Shown piece by piece: positions 9,653 to 20,400 of a stretch of 64,000 bases of DNA. The translations under genes and the position numbers were made by a program. Origin of the DNA: a bacterium (lineage in GTDB: Bacteria; Pseudomonadota; Alphaproteobacteria; Rs-D84); NCBI GenBank assembly GCA_014803525.1, contig JAAVBP010000009.1, positions 5,995 to 69,994 of the forward strand. Reading direction: 5' to 3'. A model generated the notes under the pieces. That model was not told the DNA's origin and searched no databases. It saw only the letters and a program-made list of their open reading frames with translations. How positions within the stretch are numbered: position 1 is the first letter of the stretch; every line of letters starts with the position of its first letter.

Positions 9653-10594
9653 CTATTCCGCTGCGCGGCGCGCCATACGACGCTGATGCAGCGACATGCG
9701 CGCATATATAATCCAATAAAACGGTTTCGGCACACGATAAAAACGCGCCAACGCAACCGCCAGATTCTTTTTTATAAAATAATCATCACGCGGTTGGAAT
9801 TTTCCATCAGGGAATATGCGGCGACGCCATAAAAATTCTATCACCGCCAGATCCGCAATACGTGCCGGGTCTGGTTGTGCCCCGGTCAATCTTTTATATT
9901 CACGCAAAATCTGCCGGAATAACGCACGATTACGCCCCAAATACGGCAACACAAAATCACGCCAGCGTTCATATAATCCACCACTGCAAAAATCAAATAC
10001 ACCACAAATATTTCCATCATTATCCACAACGGAATTAGCACCCTTCATCCCCATATGAATAAAGACAATATCATTTTTATCTATCGGCGCACCCGTAATA
10101 CGCAGGTAATTACGCCAAAAACATTTCATCTGCGCCGGCGTCATAAAACGTGACAAAAAGTCTTTGACCTCGTCCCAATCACAATACGGTATATATCCCG
10201 CCGCACCCGGCACACGATGACACAGTTCGTTCGTATTCACACCATGCAGTTCGGCCAAAAATCCGGCATATGTCCGCGCCAGATTATCCTGACGCGCGCG
10301 TTGCCACGAAAATTTATGCCACGACCATTTATTCCCCATTATCATATCATGAACAGCAAATATATATTTCCCATCCTGAACAATTTCAACATTCGGAATC
10401 GGAACAGATATGTTTGGACGAATAAAGTTACACAAATCCGCCTCTATTTTATAGATATCTGCGTCACGATGCGGGAAACGACATATTTTATTTCCAACAC
10501 GAAACGCGGTAGAATCCGTACCCGCCCCAACAAATTTAATCTTTTCTCCTGGGAATTTTCGTTCCAAAAAAGATTGTATTTCATCCCTGCTCAT
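9653..10594 (-). CDS. Aminoglycoside/choline-kinase-fold phosphotransferase family protein, probably a pseudokinase
   Basis: Has the APH-fold N-lobe (KFVGAGTDSTAFRVG) and a DFG-like GVFDFCSGG. The catalytic HGD..N block reads IHMGMKGAN, so the catalytic Asp appears replaced. Confidence 0.65.
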   Translation of the reverse strand: MSRDEIQSFLERKFPGEKIKFVGAGTDSTAFRVGNKICRFPHRDADIYKIEADLCNFIRPNISVPIPNVEIVQDGKYIFAVHDMIMGNKWSWHKFSWQRARQDNLARTYAGFLAELHGVNTNELCHRVPGAAGYIPYCDWDEVKDFLSRFMTPAQMKCFWRNYLRITGAPIDKNDIVFIHMGMKGANSVVDNDGNICGVFDFCSGGLYERWRDFVLPYLGRNRALFRQILREYKRLTGAQPDPARIADLAVIEFLWRRRIFPDGKFQPRDDYFIKKNLAVALARFYRVPKPFYWIIYARMSLHQRRMARRAAE

Positions 10595-10608
10595 ACCTTG
10601 CCCTTTTT

Positions 10609-11904
10609 TTACTCATCAGTGTCAGCAACCACAACACCTAAATTTTCCGCACTCAGCTGACCCATCGCAGCCAACACCGCAAAATACGCCGCCACCTGAC
10701 CATGGCGGGCCCGCGCCAATGCAACCCGCGAATTCAACAGTTCCTGTTCCGCATTCAGCACATCCAGGACCGTTCTGCGTCCACGCGATTGTTCCGCACG
10801 CGTCCCATCTAACGCCAATTTATTTGCATCAACCGTGGCATTCGCCGCCGTTATCGCATACGTTTGTGCGTCATACGTATTCCACGCCTGATGCAATTGT
10901 TCTATAATTATACGACGCATGTCAATAGCCCTGTTCTGGATCCCGGCAACGGTACTGCGAACCTTGTCCACATTTGCAGAAGCCGTTCCCCGATCATACA
11001 GTGGCAAACTGACATAAACGCCAACGCGGCCATCACGCAATTTATCCGCAATAGGAATGTCATTTATCTGCATTGCAGACGCCTTGACATCAACCGACGG
11101 CAATCTGGACGCACGCGCAACAGTTATGCTTTCACGGGCGGCGGCCTCTTGCGCGGCCAACGCGACTAAGACTGGATGATGTTTTATGGCATATTCCTCT
11201 GCCGAATCCACCGATGCCGGAAACAGGTGCTGAACGCGTGCCAGACTGATATCCGTATATTTTTTTTCATCTTTACCATATATTCTTTTAAATGTCTCTA
11301 TTGCATTATCATATTCGGCACGCGCATTGTTGGTTTGATACTTGGCACTTTCCAGGCGGGCAGACGCCTGGGCCACATCGGTTGATGTCAGCGCCCCAAC
11401 CTGTTGCCGTGCCACACATTGATCATAATATTGCTGCAAAACGCGCTGATTATTTTTGGATAAATCCATTACTTCCTGGGCATTTAATACATTTATATAT
11501 GCATTTATCGCATCTAAAAAGACACTTTGCTGGGTCGCATACAATGACGCCGTACTGGCGGCAAGATTACTTTTGGCACCCTTTATTTTTGCGATTGTTG
11601 AAAATCCTTGGAAAATATTTTGTTGGAACGTTGCACCAAATTCAGTGGGCGTGGTATCAAACGTTTGGTCAAATACTTTGCTGCGCGCCAACCCCGCATT
11701 TGCATTCACCCCCAGGTACGGTCGTGAACCCGTCCGCGCCAAATCCAAGTCTGCATTGGCACCATCTACCGCCGCACGAGATTCCGATATAACCGGATTT
11801 GAATCATATACTGATTGCAATGCAGCATACATATCCGCACGCGCCACGCACGGCATCATCCCAATAATAAATAACCCCAGACAAAATGTTATTTTCATGT
11901 TCAT
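10609..11904 (-). CDS. TolC-family outer-membrane efflux protein
   Basis: Signal peptide, two-repeat alpha/beta architecture, and a typical TolC N-terminus (LQSVYDSNPVISESRAAVDGANADLDLAR). Confidence 0.85.
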   Translation of the reverse strand: MNMKITFCLGLFIIGMMPCVARADMYAALQSVYDSNPVISESRAAVDGANADLDLARTGSRPYLGVNANAGLARSKVFDQTFDTTPTEFGATFQQNIFQGFSTIAKIKGAKSNLAASTASLYATQQSVFLDAINAYINVLNAQEVMDLSKNNQRVLQQYYDQCVARQQVGALTSTDVAQASARLESAKYQTNNARAEYDNAIETFKRIYGKDEKKYTDISLARVQHLFPASVDSAEEYAIKHHPVLVALAAQEAAARESITVARASRLPSVDVKASAMQINDIPIADKLRDGRVGVYVSLPLYDRGTASANVDKVRSTVAGIQNRAIDMRRIIIEQLHQAWNTYDAQTYAITAANATVDANKLALDGTRAEQSRGRRTVLDVLNAEQELLNSRVALARARHGQVAAYFAVLAAMGQLSAENLGVVVADTDE

Positions 11905-11919
11905 CCTCCCATTTCTTTA

Positions 11920-13011
11920 TTACAAAGTTGTTTTAAATTTTTTAATCGCAATTATCCATACGCCAATTCCAACAATCACCATCACAAACGCATGACAGGC
12001 AAAATAAGACCAATCAGGCCCCTTTAAAATAATACTGCGCACCATATAGGAATAATGGCTTAGCGGATTTATCTGGCTGATGTACTGCAAAATCAACGGC
12101 ATATTTTCCGTCGGCACCAAGGCTCCAGATAACATCAAAGCCAAAAACGCAACAATAACAATTCCCAGCAGTGCCTGTTGCTGGTTCCGGGTATATGCAG
12201 CCAACAAGACCGCAACGGCGGACGCCGGCACACAAAATGCCAAAAATCCCAAAACAAACATTAATCCCGAGCCTATAAATGGCAAATGAAATACAATTAA
12301 TCCCATAAATAAAATCGACAGCATTATCAAAAATGACATCAAAATATACGGAACCACCTTGCCCACGATAATATCATACTTTGATATCGGATAGGACATC
12401 AGGGTTTCAATGGTGCCACTTTCTTTTTCTTTGGCAATTGAAATTGTTATCAAAACCAAGATTGCAATAAATACCAATATTGCAATCATCGCCGGCACCA
12501 TAAACCATTTGGTATTTAATTGTGGATTAAACAATATTCGTATATCAAATACAATCGGCTGGGCGGCCGGGGCAATATTTGATTCCAACATAGCATGCGC
12601 GGCAACACCTTGCAGATACGCCTCTATGCTTTGCGCCTTTAAAATGTTCATTGAATCTATTAAAACCTGGACCACGGCACCATCACGCATTCCACCACGG
12701 GTTAGCCCTCCATCCGGCGCAACAATTGCAACATCGGCCGCGCCTGTTTGCACCGCGCGAACTGCATCTTTGTCTGTATCCGGCGCCCGCACAAACCACC
12801 CAGAACCAATGGCATGGTTATAAATTTTTTCTATCATAACGTCATTTGTACCAGAATCCACTGCCAGACGCAGGTTTTGCGCCTCTAACGTAATTGCGCC
12901 AGACAACACAACCAACTGTACCGCTGGCATTATCATAACCGCCGCCATTAATACCGGATCACGCAACAGCGCGATAGTTTCCTTCTTTAAAAAGCCAAAA
13001 AACTTTTTCAT
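11920..13011 (-). CDS. ABC-2 family transporter permease (YbhR/YbhS-like)
   Basis: A large periplasmic loop followed by six C-terminal transmembrane segments. Its start overlaps the upstream gene by 4 nt. Confidence 0.8.
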   Translation of the reverse strand: MKKFFGFLKKETIALLRDPVLMAAVMIMPAVQLVVLSGAITLEAQNLRLAVDSGTNDVMIEKIYNHAIGSGWFVRAPDTDKDAVRAVQTGAADVAIVAPDGGLTRGGMRDGAVVQVLIDSMNILKAQSIEAYLQGVAAHAMLESNIAPAAQPIVFDIRILFNPQLNTKWFMVPAMIAILVFIAILVLITISIAKEKESGTIETLMSYPISKYDIIVGKVVPYILMSFLIMLSILFMGLIVFHLPFIGSGLMFVLGFLAFCVPASAVAVLLAAYTRNQQQALLGIVIVAFLALMLSGALVPTENMPLILQYISQINPLSHYSYMVRSIILKGPDWSYFACHAFVMVIVGIGVWIIAIKKFKTTL

Positions 13012-14126
13012 TCCAATGTCCTTTTAAACCGCATTAGACATAAAACCATCAACACCAATGCCAAAACCACCAACATTACAAAAGGCACCCATAAATCCGC
13101 AATTGAACTGCCCTTTAGGAATTGATCGCGCGTTATATCCATATAAAATCGCGCCGGAAACATCGATGAAAATAATTGATATCCGCGACTCATATATTCC
13201 ACCGGAAAGAAAAATCCAGACAGCACGATGGTTGGCAACAACCCAATTATACACGCAAATTGGATCGCAACCTCTTGCTTGTGCGTTGAAACCGATATAA
13301 ATAACCCTATTTCTAAATAACCCAAGATAAACAGTAATGTCGCCAATATCAATGTTGCATAATTCCCCATAAACGGTACCCCAAACACAACACGCGCAAC
13401 AACAAACACCAAAACAAATCCGACAAAACTTAAAATCGCATATGGTAAAACCTTGCCTATTATTATTTCCAGCGTGGTCGCCGGTGTAGACAACAGCATT
13501 TCCATAGAACCACGTTCCCATTCACGACAGACCGTCAATGTCGTCAACATTATTGCCACCAACGCAATTATTACCGCCGATAATCCCGGCACAGAAAACC
13601 ATCTGGAATTCAATTCAGGGTTAAACAAATATCGTGTTTTAAAAGACAATCCACGCACCGCAATCGGCGCATCCAATATCTTGGCTGTCGCAATGCGATT
13701 AATCGTATTCATGTAATTTGTCACCGCCATAACAGACGAATTATCCGTTCCATCCAACAGGATTTGTACATGCGCCACACCACCACCCAAGACATCTTTT
13801 TCAAATCCGGTTGGAATTGAAACCATGGCACGCGCATTCTCGTCGACAATATCATCAAAACCCTGCTCTGGATTATCTATTGCATACGGATGAAAATAAT
13901 TTGAACTGGCAAAGGTTTCCATCAATCTGCGTGAACTTTCCGTACGATCAGCATCATGATACGCCATATCAATGGATCGGACATTAAATTCTATGGAATT
14001 CCCCAATATCAATACGATTGCCAGCGGTAACATCAGTGCCATCAGCAACGTGAACGGATCACGAAATATATGCTTAAATTCCTTTGAGAAAATAGCACGT
14101 GCCCGGCGCACGGAAAATCGTGTCAT
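13008..14126 (-). CDS. ABC-2 family transporter permease (second copy)
   Basis: Same architecture as 11920..13011. Overlapping start and stop. Confidence 0.8.
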   Translation of the reverse strand: MTRFSVRRARAIFSKEFKHIFRDPFTLLMALMLPLAIVLILGNSIEFNVRSIDMAYHDADRTESSRRLMETFASSNYFHPYAIDNPEQGFDDIVDENARAMVSIPTGFEKDVLGGGVAHVQILLDGTDNSSVMAVTNYMNTINRIATAKILDAPIAVRGLSFKTRYLFNPELNSRWFSVPGLSAVIIALVAIMLTTLTVCREWERGSMEMLLSTPATTLEIIIGKVLPYAILSFVGFVLVFVVARVVFGVPFMGNYATLILATLLFILGYLEIGLFISVSTHKQEVAIQFACIIGLLPTIVLSGFFFPVEYMSRGYQLFSSMFPARFYMDITRDQFLKGSSIADLWVPFVMLVVLALVLMVLCLMRFKRTLE

Positions 14127-15031
14127 CGATTATCACCTTCTACCAGTTTTATAAAAACATCCTCTAACGACGGGGATATTTTCGTAATGTCAAAATCAGC
14201 CTTGTATTTCATCAACGCGCGCGATACATTCACATTAGTATGAAATTTAACATGCCAATTACGACCATACGGCTCACACATTTCCATGTCTTTGTCCGCG
14301 ATTAACATTGCACCACCGCGCGGTGCAAAGTTGTATAACGTATCCCCAAACGCAGTGCGTTTTAATTCCGCGGGCGATGCCGCTGCAACAATCTGTCCCG
14401 CGCGCATCAACGCTATACGGTTACAATTTTCCGCCTCGTCCATATAATGCGTTGTAACAAAGACCGTTTTTCCAGCCGCGGCCAAATCTTGAATCAGCCG
14501 CCAAAATCTGTTCCGCGCAACAGGCGCCACACCGGCGGTCGGTTCATCTAAAAATATAATTTTAGGGTCATGCAATAATGACACACACAATGCAACCTCT
14601 TGCTTTATCCCACCAGGCAAATCCTTGACAACCGTATTTAAATTTTCTGAAAAACCGATAAAATCCAGTAATTTGGCACGATTGGACATGTATACATCAC
14701 GTGATAATCCGCGCATCGCCGCCGCAAAATCAAAGTTTTCCCCAACCGACAGGCCATCATATAACGTAAAACGTTGGGACATATAACCGACCTTTTGCTT
14801 TATTATATTTTCGCGTCCCGGAATAAATTCCGCCCCGTCAATGATAACCTTGCCGCGACTGGCCGGCAACAGTCCACACAACACGCGGATCGTAGTCGTC
14901 TTGCCCGCGCCATTCGCCCCCAAAAATCCAAATATTTCCCCAGGCGCAACACTGAACGAAACATCGCGCACGGCATAAAAGTCCCCAAATATTACAGACA
15001 AATTGCGAACATCAACAATCGGTTCTGTCAT
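14123..15031 (-). CDS. ABC transporter ATP-binding protein
   Basis: Walker A GANGAGKTT, signature motif and Walker B IIFLDEPTAG. Confidence 0.85.
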   Translation of the reverse strand: MTEPIVDVRNLSVIFGDFYAVRDVSFSVAPGEIFGFLGANGAGKTTTIRVLCGLLPASRGKVIIDGAEFIPGRENIIKQKVGYMSQRFTLYDGLSVGENFDFAAAMRGLSRDVYMSNRAKLLDFIGFSENLNTVVKDLPGGIKQEVALCVSLLHDPKIIFLDEPTAGVAPVARNRFWRLIQDLAAAGKTVFVTTHYMDEAENCNRIALMRAGQIVAAASPAELKRTAFGDTLYNFAPRGGAMLIADKDMEMCEPYGRNWHVKFHTNVNVSRALMKYKADFDITKISPSLEDVFIKLVEGDNR

Positions 15032-15756
15032 CGCACACCCCCGCGCACCAAAAATAATTCATCAAAATTACGCACATCATATTGCCGCAGCAAATCAACC
15101 GGCGCCCCCGTATCCAGAACACGCCCCGATTCCATTAACACAACATCACTGCAACGTTCGGCCTCGTCCATGTATGCGGTGGTCAATATTATCAACATAC
15201 CCTTTGATAAAGATGCATGTAACAGGCTCCAAAATTCGCGCCGACTAATTGGATCAACACCGTTTGTAGGCTCGTCCAACAACATAACCCGCGGCGATCG
15301 CAGCAATGCGCACATCAACCCCAGCTTTTTATACATCCCCCCCGACAGATTCCCTGCCGGTCTGTCCAAAAACTTTTCCAATCGCGTCAGTTGTAGCAAC
15401 TCTTGCGTGCGGGATTTAAACTCCGCATCACTGATACCATACAACTGCTTAAAGAAATCTAAATGTTCCGCCACCGACAGATCCGCATACAAACTTTGAC
15501 TTTGTGGCATGTACGCGATATTGCCACTAAAATCTGCAAATTTTGTTTTACGACCATCAACCAGATATTCTATATCACCAGCGCCCGCCTGCATCAAATG
15601 CAACATTATTCGAAACAGCGTTGTTTTTCCTGCACCCGCCGGCCCAATAACACCATACAGACGCCCTGTTTCAAAATGCATCGACACATTATCCAATGCC
15701 CGCACCGACTTGAAATCTTTGATCAGATTCGAAATATTTATTTCAATTTTATTCAT
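15028..15756 (-). CDS. ABC transporter ATP-binding protein
   Basis: Walker A GPAGAGKTT, signature LSGGMYKKLGL and Walker B VMLLDEPTNGVD. Confidence 0.85.
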   Translation of the reverse strand: MNKIEINISNLIKDFKSVRALDNVSMHFETGRLYGVIGPAGAGKTTLFRIMLHLMQAGAGDIEYLVDGRKTKFADFSGNIAYMPQSQSLYADLSVAEHLDFFKQLYGISDAEFKSRTQELLQLTRLEKFLDRPAGNLSGGMYKKLGLMCALLRSPRVMLLDEPTNGVDPISRREFWSLLHASLSKGMLIILTTAYMDEAERCSDVVLMESGRVLDTGAPVDLLRQYDVRNFDELFLVRGGVR

Positions 15757-16555
15757 TTCCCAGACTGCTTTCGATTGTCATCCCGGCCTTTAACGCCAAA
15801 TCTGAATTATCGAAACGAACCTTTATCCCATATACCAGACGTGTTCGTTCTGCCCGCGTCTGAACATTTTTCGGGGTAAATTCTGCCTGTTCATTAATCT
15901 TGATAATTTTACCATGAAATTTACGATCGGGGGCCTCTGGCAATATACCAACCACACTGTCCCCAACACGCAATTGATACAGCATGTTATATGGCACATA
16001 AAAATAAGCCCATATTTCATAAGGATTGGCCAACGACAACAAAACCGTACCTGGGGCTACAACCTCGCCCGGTTCACGAAATCGCGTCACCACAACACCG
16101 TCTGTTGGGGCCGTCACCTGGCACCACCCCAGTTTTAAATCGTTATCTTGTTTATTACGTGTTAAAACATCAAATTCTGCCTGGGACATATGTCCACGTT
16201 CGGTCAATGCACGCGCACGATCAAAATCATTATCTATCTGCGTCGCCAATATTTTATATGTATCACAACTAAGTTCCATTAAGGTTTGCCCACGCACAAC
16301 CATATCACCTTCGGCAACATATATATCTGAGATATCAGATGCCACACGCGCAGTCATCATGACCTTGGTGGTTTCCAGCGTCCCCGCATACATAAACGGC
16401 TTTGCCGACATAAAATATTTTATTCCAACCGCAATCGCACACACCAACGCAACCGCGGCAACAATATACGCCATTCGACGTGCTTTCTTTTTATTGGCAA
16501 TATTTTCATCCGTATACTGCACGGACGTTACAGTATCCTTTTTTCCCTTTGGCAT
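15749..16555 (-). CDS. HlyD-family membrane-fusion (periplasmic adaptor) protein
   Basis: N-terminal transmembrane anchor, coiled-coil hairpin and beta-barrel domain. It is first in an operon with the four ABC genes and TolC. Confidence 0.8.
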   Translation of the reverse strand: MPKGKKDTVTSVQYTDENIANKKKARRMAYIVAAVALVCAIAVGIKYFMSAKPFMYAGTLETTKVMMTARVASDISDIYVAEGDMVVRGQTLMELSCDTYKILATQIDNDFDRARALTERGHMSQAEFDVLTRNKQDNDLKLGWCQVTAPTDGVVVTRFREPGEVVAPGTVLLSLANPYEIWAYFYVPYNMLYQLRVGDSVVGILPEAPDRKFHGKIIKINEQAEFTPKNVQTRAERTRLVYGIKVRFDNSDLALKAGMTIESSLGNE

Positions 16556-16882
16556 TTCTCTCTCCTGGGTATTTATTAAAATACAGAATGTTTTTCCATT
16601 TTAATAAAAGCCACATATATTTCAAGCAAAATTCACACAAAAATAACAGAGAATCCGAGTTAGCAATTTATTTCTATTACAAGGATACACGCAGGCTCGC
16701 ACCGCAACCGAGAGATCTGTTCAAACAGGACAAACAACAGTTTGCGTTCGAAAACAAGTAGGTGAGACAAATGCAATGTAGTCGAACCGTTACGGTTTCC
16801 ACGCAGACGCGAAGCGTCGAGAGAATCATGGGGCCCGTCCTAACATAAAATTAAAACCGCCCATACGGCGGTTTTAATTTTA

Positions 16883-16895
16883 TGGTCGGGGCGAC
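16883..16895 (+). other. 13-nt copy of the tRNA-Pro 3-prime end (TGGTCGGGGCGAC), att-like direct repeat
   Basis: Identical to 26714..26726, the CCA end plus acceptor stem of tRNA-Pro on the plus strand. Confidence 0.5.
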
Positions 16896-17084
16896 TATGA
16901 GTAGTTGAGGACAAGCCCAAAGGGCGCCGTTCGAAAAGTCACGAATGCCGCGCAGTCTCGGCGGGCATAGCACGACGGACGAGCGACCTGTTCGAACACA
17001 AACCAACGATTTGTTGTTCGTATTCAGGATTGTCACAACCAAATTTAATAAAACGGGCACCACTTGGTGCCCGTTTTATTAAAC

Positions 17085-17093
17085 CTGGTCGGG
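17085..17093 (+). other. Second, shorter copy of the tRNA-Pro 3-prime end (TGGTCGGGG) directly 5-prime of an X repeat
   Basis: Same orientation as the tRNA-Pro end. Preceded by the hairpin AATAAAACGGGCACCACTTGGTGCCCGTTTTATT. Confidence 0.4.
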
Positions 17094-17448
17094 GTGAAAA
17101 CAAGTAGGCAAGACAAGCAAAGCGCAGTCTAGCCGTCACGGTTTCCCCGCAGGCACGAATGTGCCGAGGGACACGTTCGAACATAGCAAACGACAGTTTG
17201 CGTTCGAATCATGGATCCGTCCTAACATAAAATTAAAACCGCTCATGCGGCGGTTTGAATTTTATGGTCGGTCAGTATTATGTTGCTACGAAACGAATAC
17301 AGGAACCCCATTTTCAGCGATTTACAGCGAATTTCGCACATCGCAACCACACAAAAACGCCATATTTCCGCACTTTTTATCCAAAAATCCAGTAAAATAA
17401 CAGGGAATTTATTATGTTATATCAAAAAAACAACCTATCTCTACAGAC

Positions 17449-20400
17449 TTATTTCAACTGGCGCAAATATTGTTTTATAAATGCTAGATTGTTCCTAAAA
17501 CCACCTAAACCGCCATCAGCATGAGTCTGTGGAGCATAGGGGAAATACTTGTTAATATCATTAATATCTATAGACTTAAAATCATTCAATGTCGCAACAA
17601 TACCTTGGCCTCCCAAACTTTCGCGTCCCATTGTTTCCAAGACCATTTCTGTATTTCTTAAATCACCAACTTCAGAATCCAAAATATTCGCAATTTGTTT
17701 TAATTCAACAGAATCATAGTGGCGAATAATATCATCACCGCCTTTATTGAACCAACCGTCGCGCCCAATACCGCCAAAGAATTCCCATTTACCGGTCGGA
17801 ACATTTGTTTTACCTGCGGTTCCCGTGGATATATAGAACGGTAATTTGATATCGCCAACTTTTACCATACATATTGCGCGCCCATGTATTGCGCCAACGT
17901 CACTAAGGCTTTCAATATATACTGGACGACCATGTATATCCCCCAAAGTACGACCAATTTTACTTTCCAAACTAGCGAGATTCGGATTTGAAATTGTGCG
18001 TGTTAAGGTACGGCCTCTGATGTTTAAGCCTTGTGCAATGGCATCATCACGCGTCATTGCAATTACGATATGGGGCGATGATTCACCATAACCAAGGGTA
18101 TCTAAGGCGACCGCAAAATCTCCTTTCGCAAAAGTAATATTTGCCATAGTTTCTGCAGTAGACGCTCTCATCGGGGACGATATATATACATTTTGATCTG
18201 CATATGTCTTATTTATGGGACCTGCCCTGGCCAAACGATTTTCAATAATCTGTCGATTGGGGGATGGCGCATTATTTGCGGGTTTGACTGTTGTGGCTGT
18301 TGCAGATTTAGTCGCACCAGCCGAATATTTCGGCTTCTGTATAAATGGGAGCAAGCTTTCATAGCTTGCTGAATCTTCTACTATTGCAACCATATATTGA
18401 TTACCGCGTTGTATTTTCCCAGCATAGATATTCTGTGCCTGCAGACGCGCAACTATTTTATCTGCCTCCTCTTCGGATGCGACGGCTTTACGGAACTGTC
18501 TGACACCAGCAGAATTTTGGTTGGCCGCAGATTCAAATAAATCATTCAGCCCCGTACGCGCACTCATATTATCAAGAGAGGTGTTTGTAGCACGGTTAGC
18601 AGATTTTAATCCGCTTAGATAATTTGTTATATCATCAGTGTTGCTTATAAACTGATAATTGCGCCCAGGTGTAATTTTCATATATCGATTAACCTCCTCA
18701 ACACTTATGGAACGAAAGTTTTCTATTACGGCCACTGGGCCACGCCCCCCCAAACTCTGACGCCCCAAGGTTTCCAAAACATATTCCGTATTTCGCAAAT
18801 CGCCAATCTTGTCATCTAACATTGTAGCAATTTGTTTTAATTCCTCAGACCCATAATGATTTAAAATATCGTCCAAATATCCCTTATTAAACCAACCAGA
18901 TTTCGGGTCAATTCCGGCAAAGAACTCCCATTTTCCTGTTGGAATATCCGTCTTGCCTGCTGTACCCGTGGATATATAGAATGGAATTTTTCGGTCACCA
19001 ACCTTTACCATGCATATCGGACGACCACTTATTACCCCAACATCATTAAGACTTTCAATATATACTGGCGTGCCATGTATATCACCTAATGTCTGACCAA
19101 TTTTACTATTCAATGTGGTCAGATTAGAATTGGAAATTTTACGCACTAATTTGTTGCCATTGACAGCTAGCCCTTGCGCTTCGGCATCAGCACGAGTCAT
19201 TGCGATTACTATCTCGTCCGCATTACTTGCTCCCTCTGTATTCAAACTTACCGCAAAATCCCCTTTAGCCCGAATGTGTCGTACAGCATCACTCGCATCA
19301 ACATTGGAGGCCGGCGCAGATATATATACATTATGTCCTTCATACACTTTGTTGACAGGACCAAGTTCTGCAATCTCGTCCTTAATAAATTCACGACTCA
19401 AAACGACGGGGTTCTCCGCCTTGCGTGCTTCTTCTGCTTTGCGAGCTTCTTCAGCTTTACGAGCTTCCTCGGCCTTGCGTGCTTCTTCAGCTTTACGCGC
19501 CTCTTCTGCTTTGCGTGCCTCTTCAGCTTTACGAGCTTCCTCGGCCTTGCGTGCTTCTTCAGCTTTACGCGCTTCTTCAGCTTTGCGAGCCTCTTCAGCT
19601 TTGCGAGCCTCTTCAGCTTTGCGAGCTTCCTCGGCCTTGCGTGCTTCTTCTGCTTTGCGTGCTTCTTCTGCTTTACGAGCTTCCTCGGCCTTGCGTGCTT
19701 CTTCTGCTTTACGAGCTTCCTCGGCCTTGCGTGCTTCTTCAGCTTTGCGAGCCTCTTCTGCTTTACGAGCATCGGTGGCTACTTCAGACTCACGATGTGC
19801 CTTGGATACATCATCAGCCTGGCGTTCCGCAACAACGGCCGTTTCAGCATTATTAACAGCATTCGCATTATCAGCGACATCGCCTGCACGGGATGCCGCG
19901 CGGACGGTATCATCCGCGTGGGATGCAGCACCGGCCGCACCGCGTCCCCCATTGCGCAATGCTGCGGTGGCACGCGGCAGTTTCTTAACACCCCAGCTGA
20001 CCACGCTCTTTATAATACTGGCCAATTGCAGTGTTAATCCAACCGCACGCCAAATCTCTTCGGGCTGCCATGATGACATTCCCTTATTATTTGCACCGGT
20101 AGATGTGCCGTTTTTCATTAAATCTTTATAAAACCGTGAATTTGGTTGTATCAACCCAGCCAAACGTGCCAATTCGTTATCAATTCCATTTACAACCGCA
20201 TCTGGCAAATCATTTGCCAAATCAGCCATACGCTGTAAATCACGTTTCAGCATACTTTCCGCGCACGATGCATCGTTGCACTTTCTGCTCTCTGCCAGAA
20301 ATTCATCACCGGCATTTTGCATACGGCGCGTAGCTTCAAATTCTATTGCGGCACCGGCTGTTTCCACTGCCAGTAACGCCAATGCCGGCGCGCCAGCACC

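Larger units (their letters stand above)
16700..17275. repeat. Mosaic of short interspersed repeat modules (X, Y and Z units) in a 0.9-kb noncoding gap
   Basis: X unit (GAAAACAAGTAGG...CCGTCACGGTTTCC...hairpin) at 16750..16820 and 17095..17172. Y unit (ATCATGG..CCGTCCTAACATAAAATTAAAACCGCCCATACGGCGGTTTTAATTTTATGGTCGG) at 16822..16890 and 17208..17272. Z unit (GTTCGAACA..AAC.A..GTTTG.GTTCGAA) at ~16710, ~16986 and ~17173. Confidence 0.7.

Noticed and set aside
19398-19790. Highly regular short tandem repeat that could be mistaken for a CRISPR array
   Set aside because: The period is 18 nt with no spacers. It lies inside a long ORF and translates to KAEEAR repeats. No cas genes are nearby.
19115-20131. 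Plus-strand ORFs 19115..20131 (338 aa, RASSAL repeats) and 19174..20037
   Set aside because: They are antisense to the giant gene and are low-complexity translations of the same 18-nt repeat. They are artefacts.
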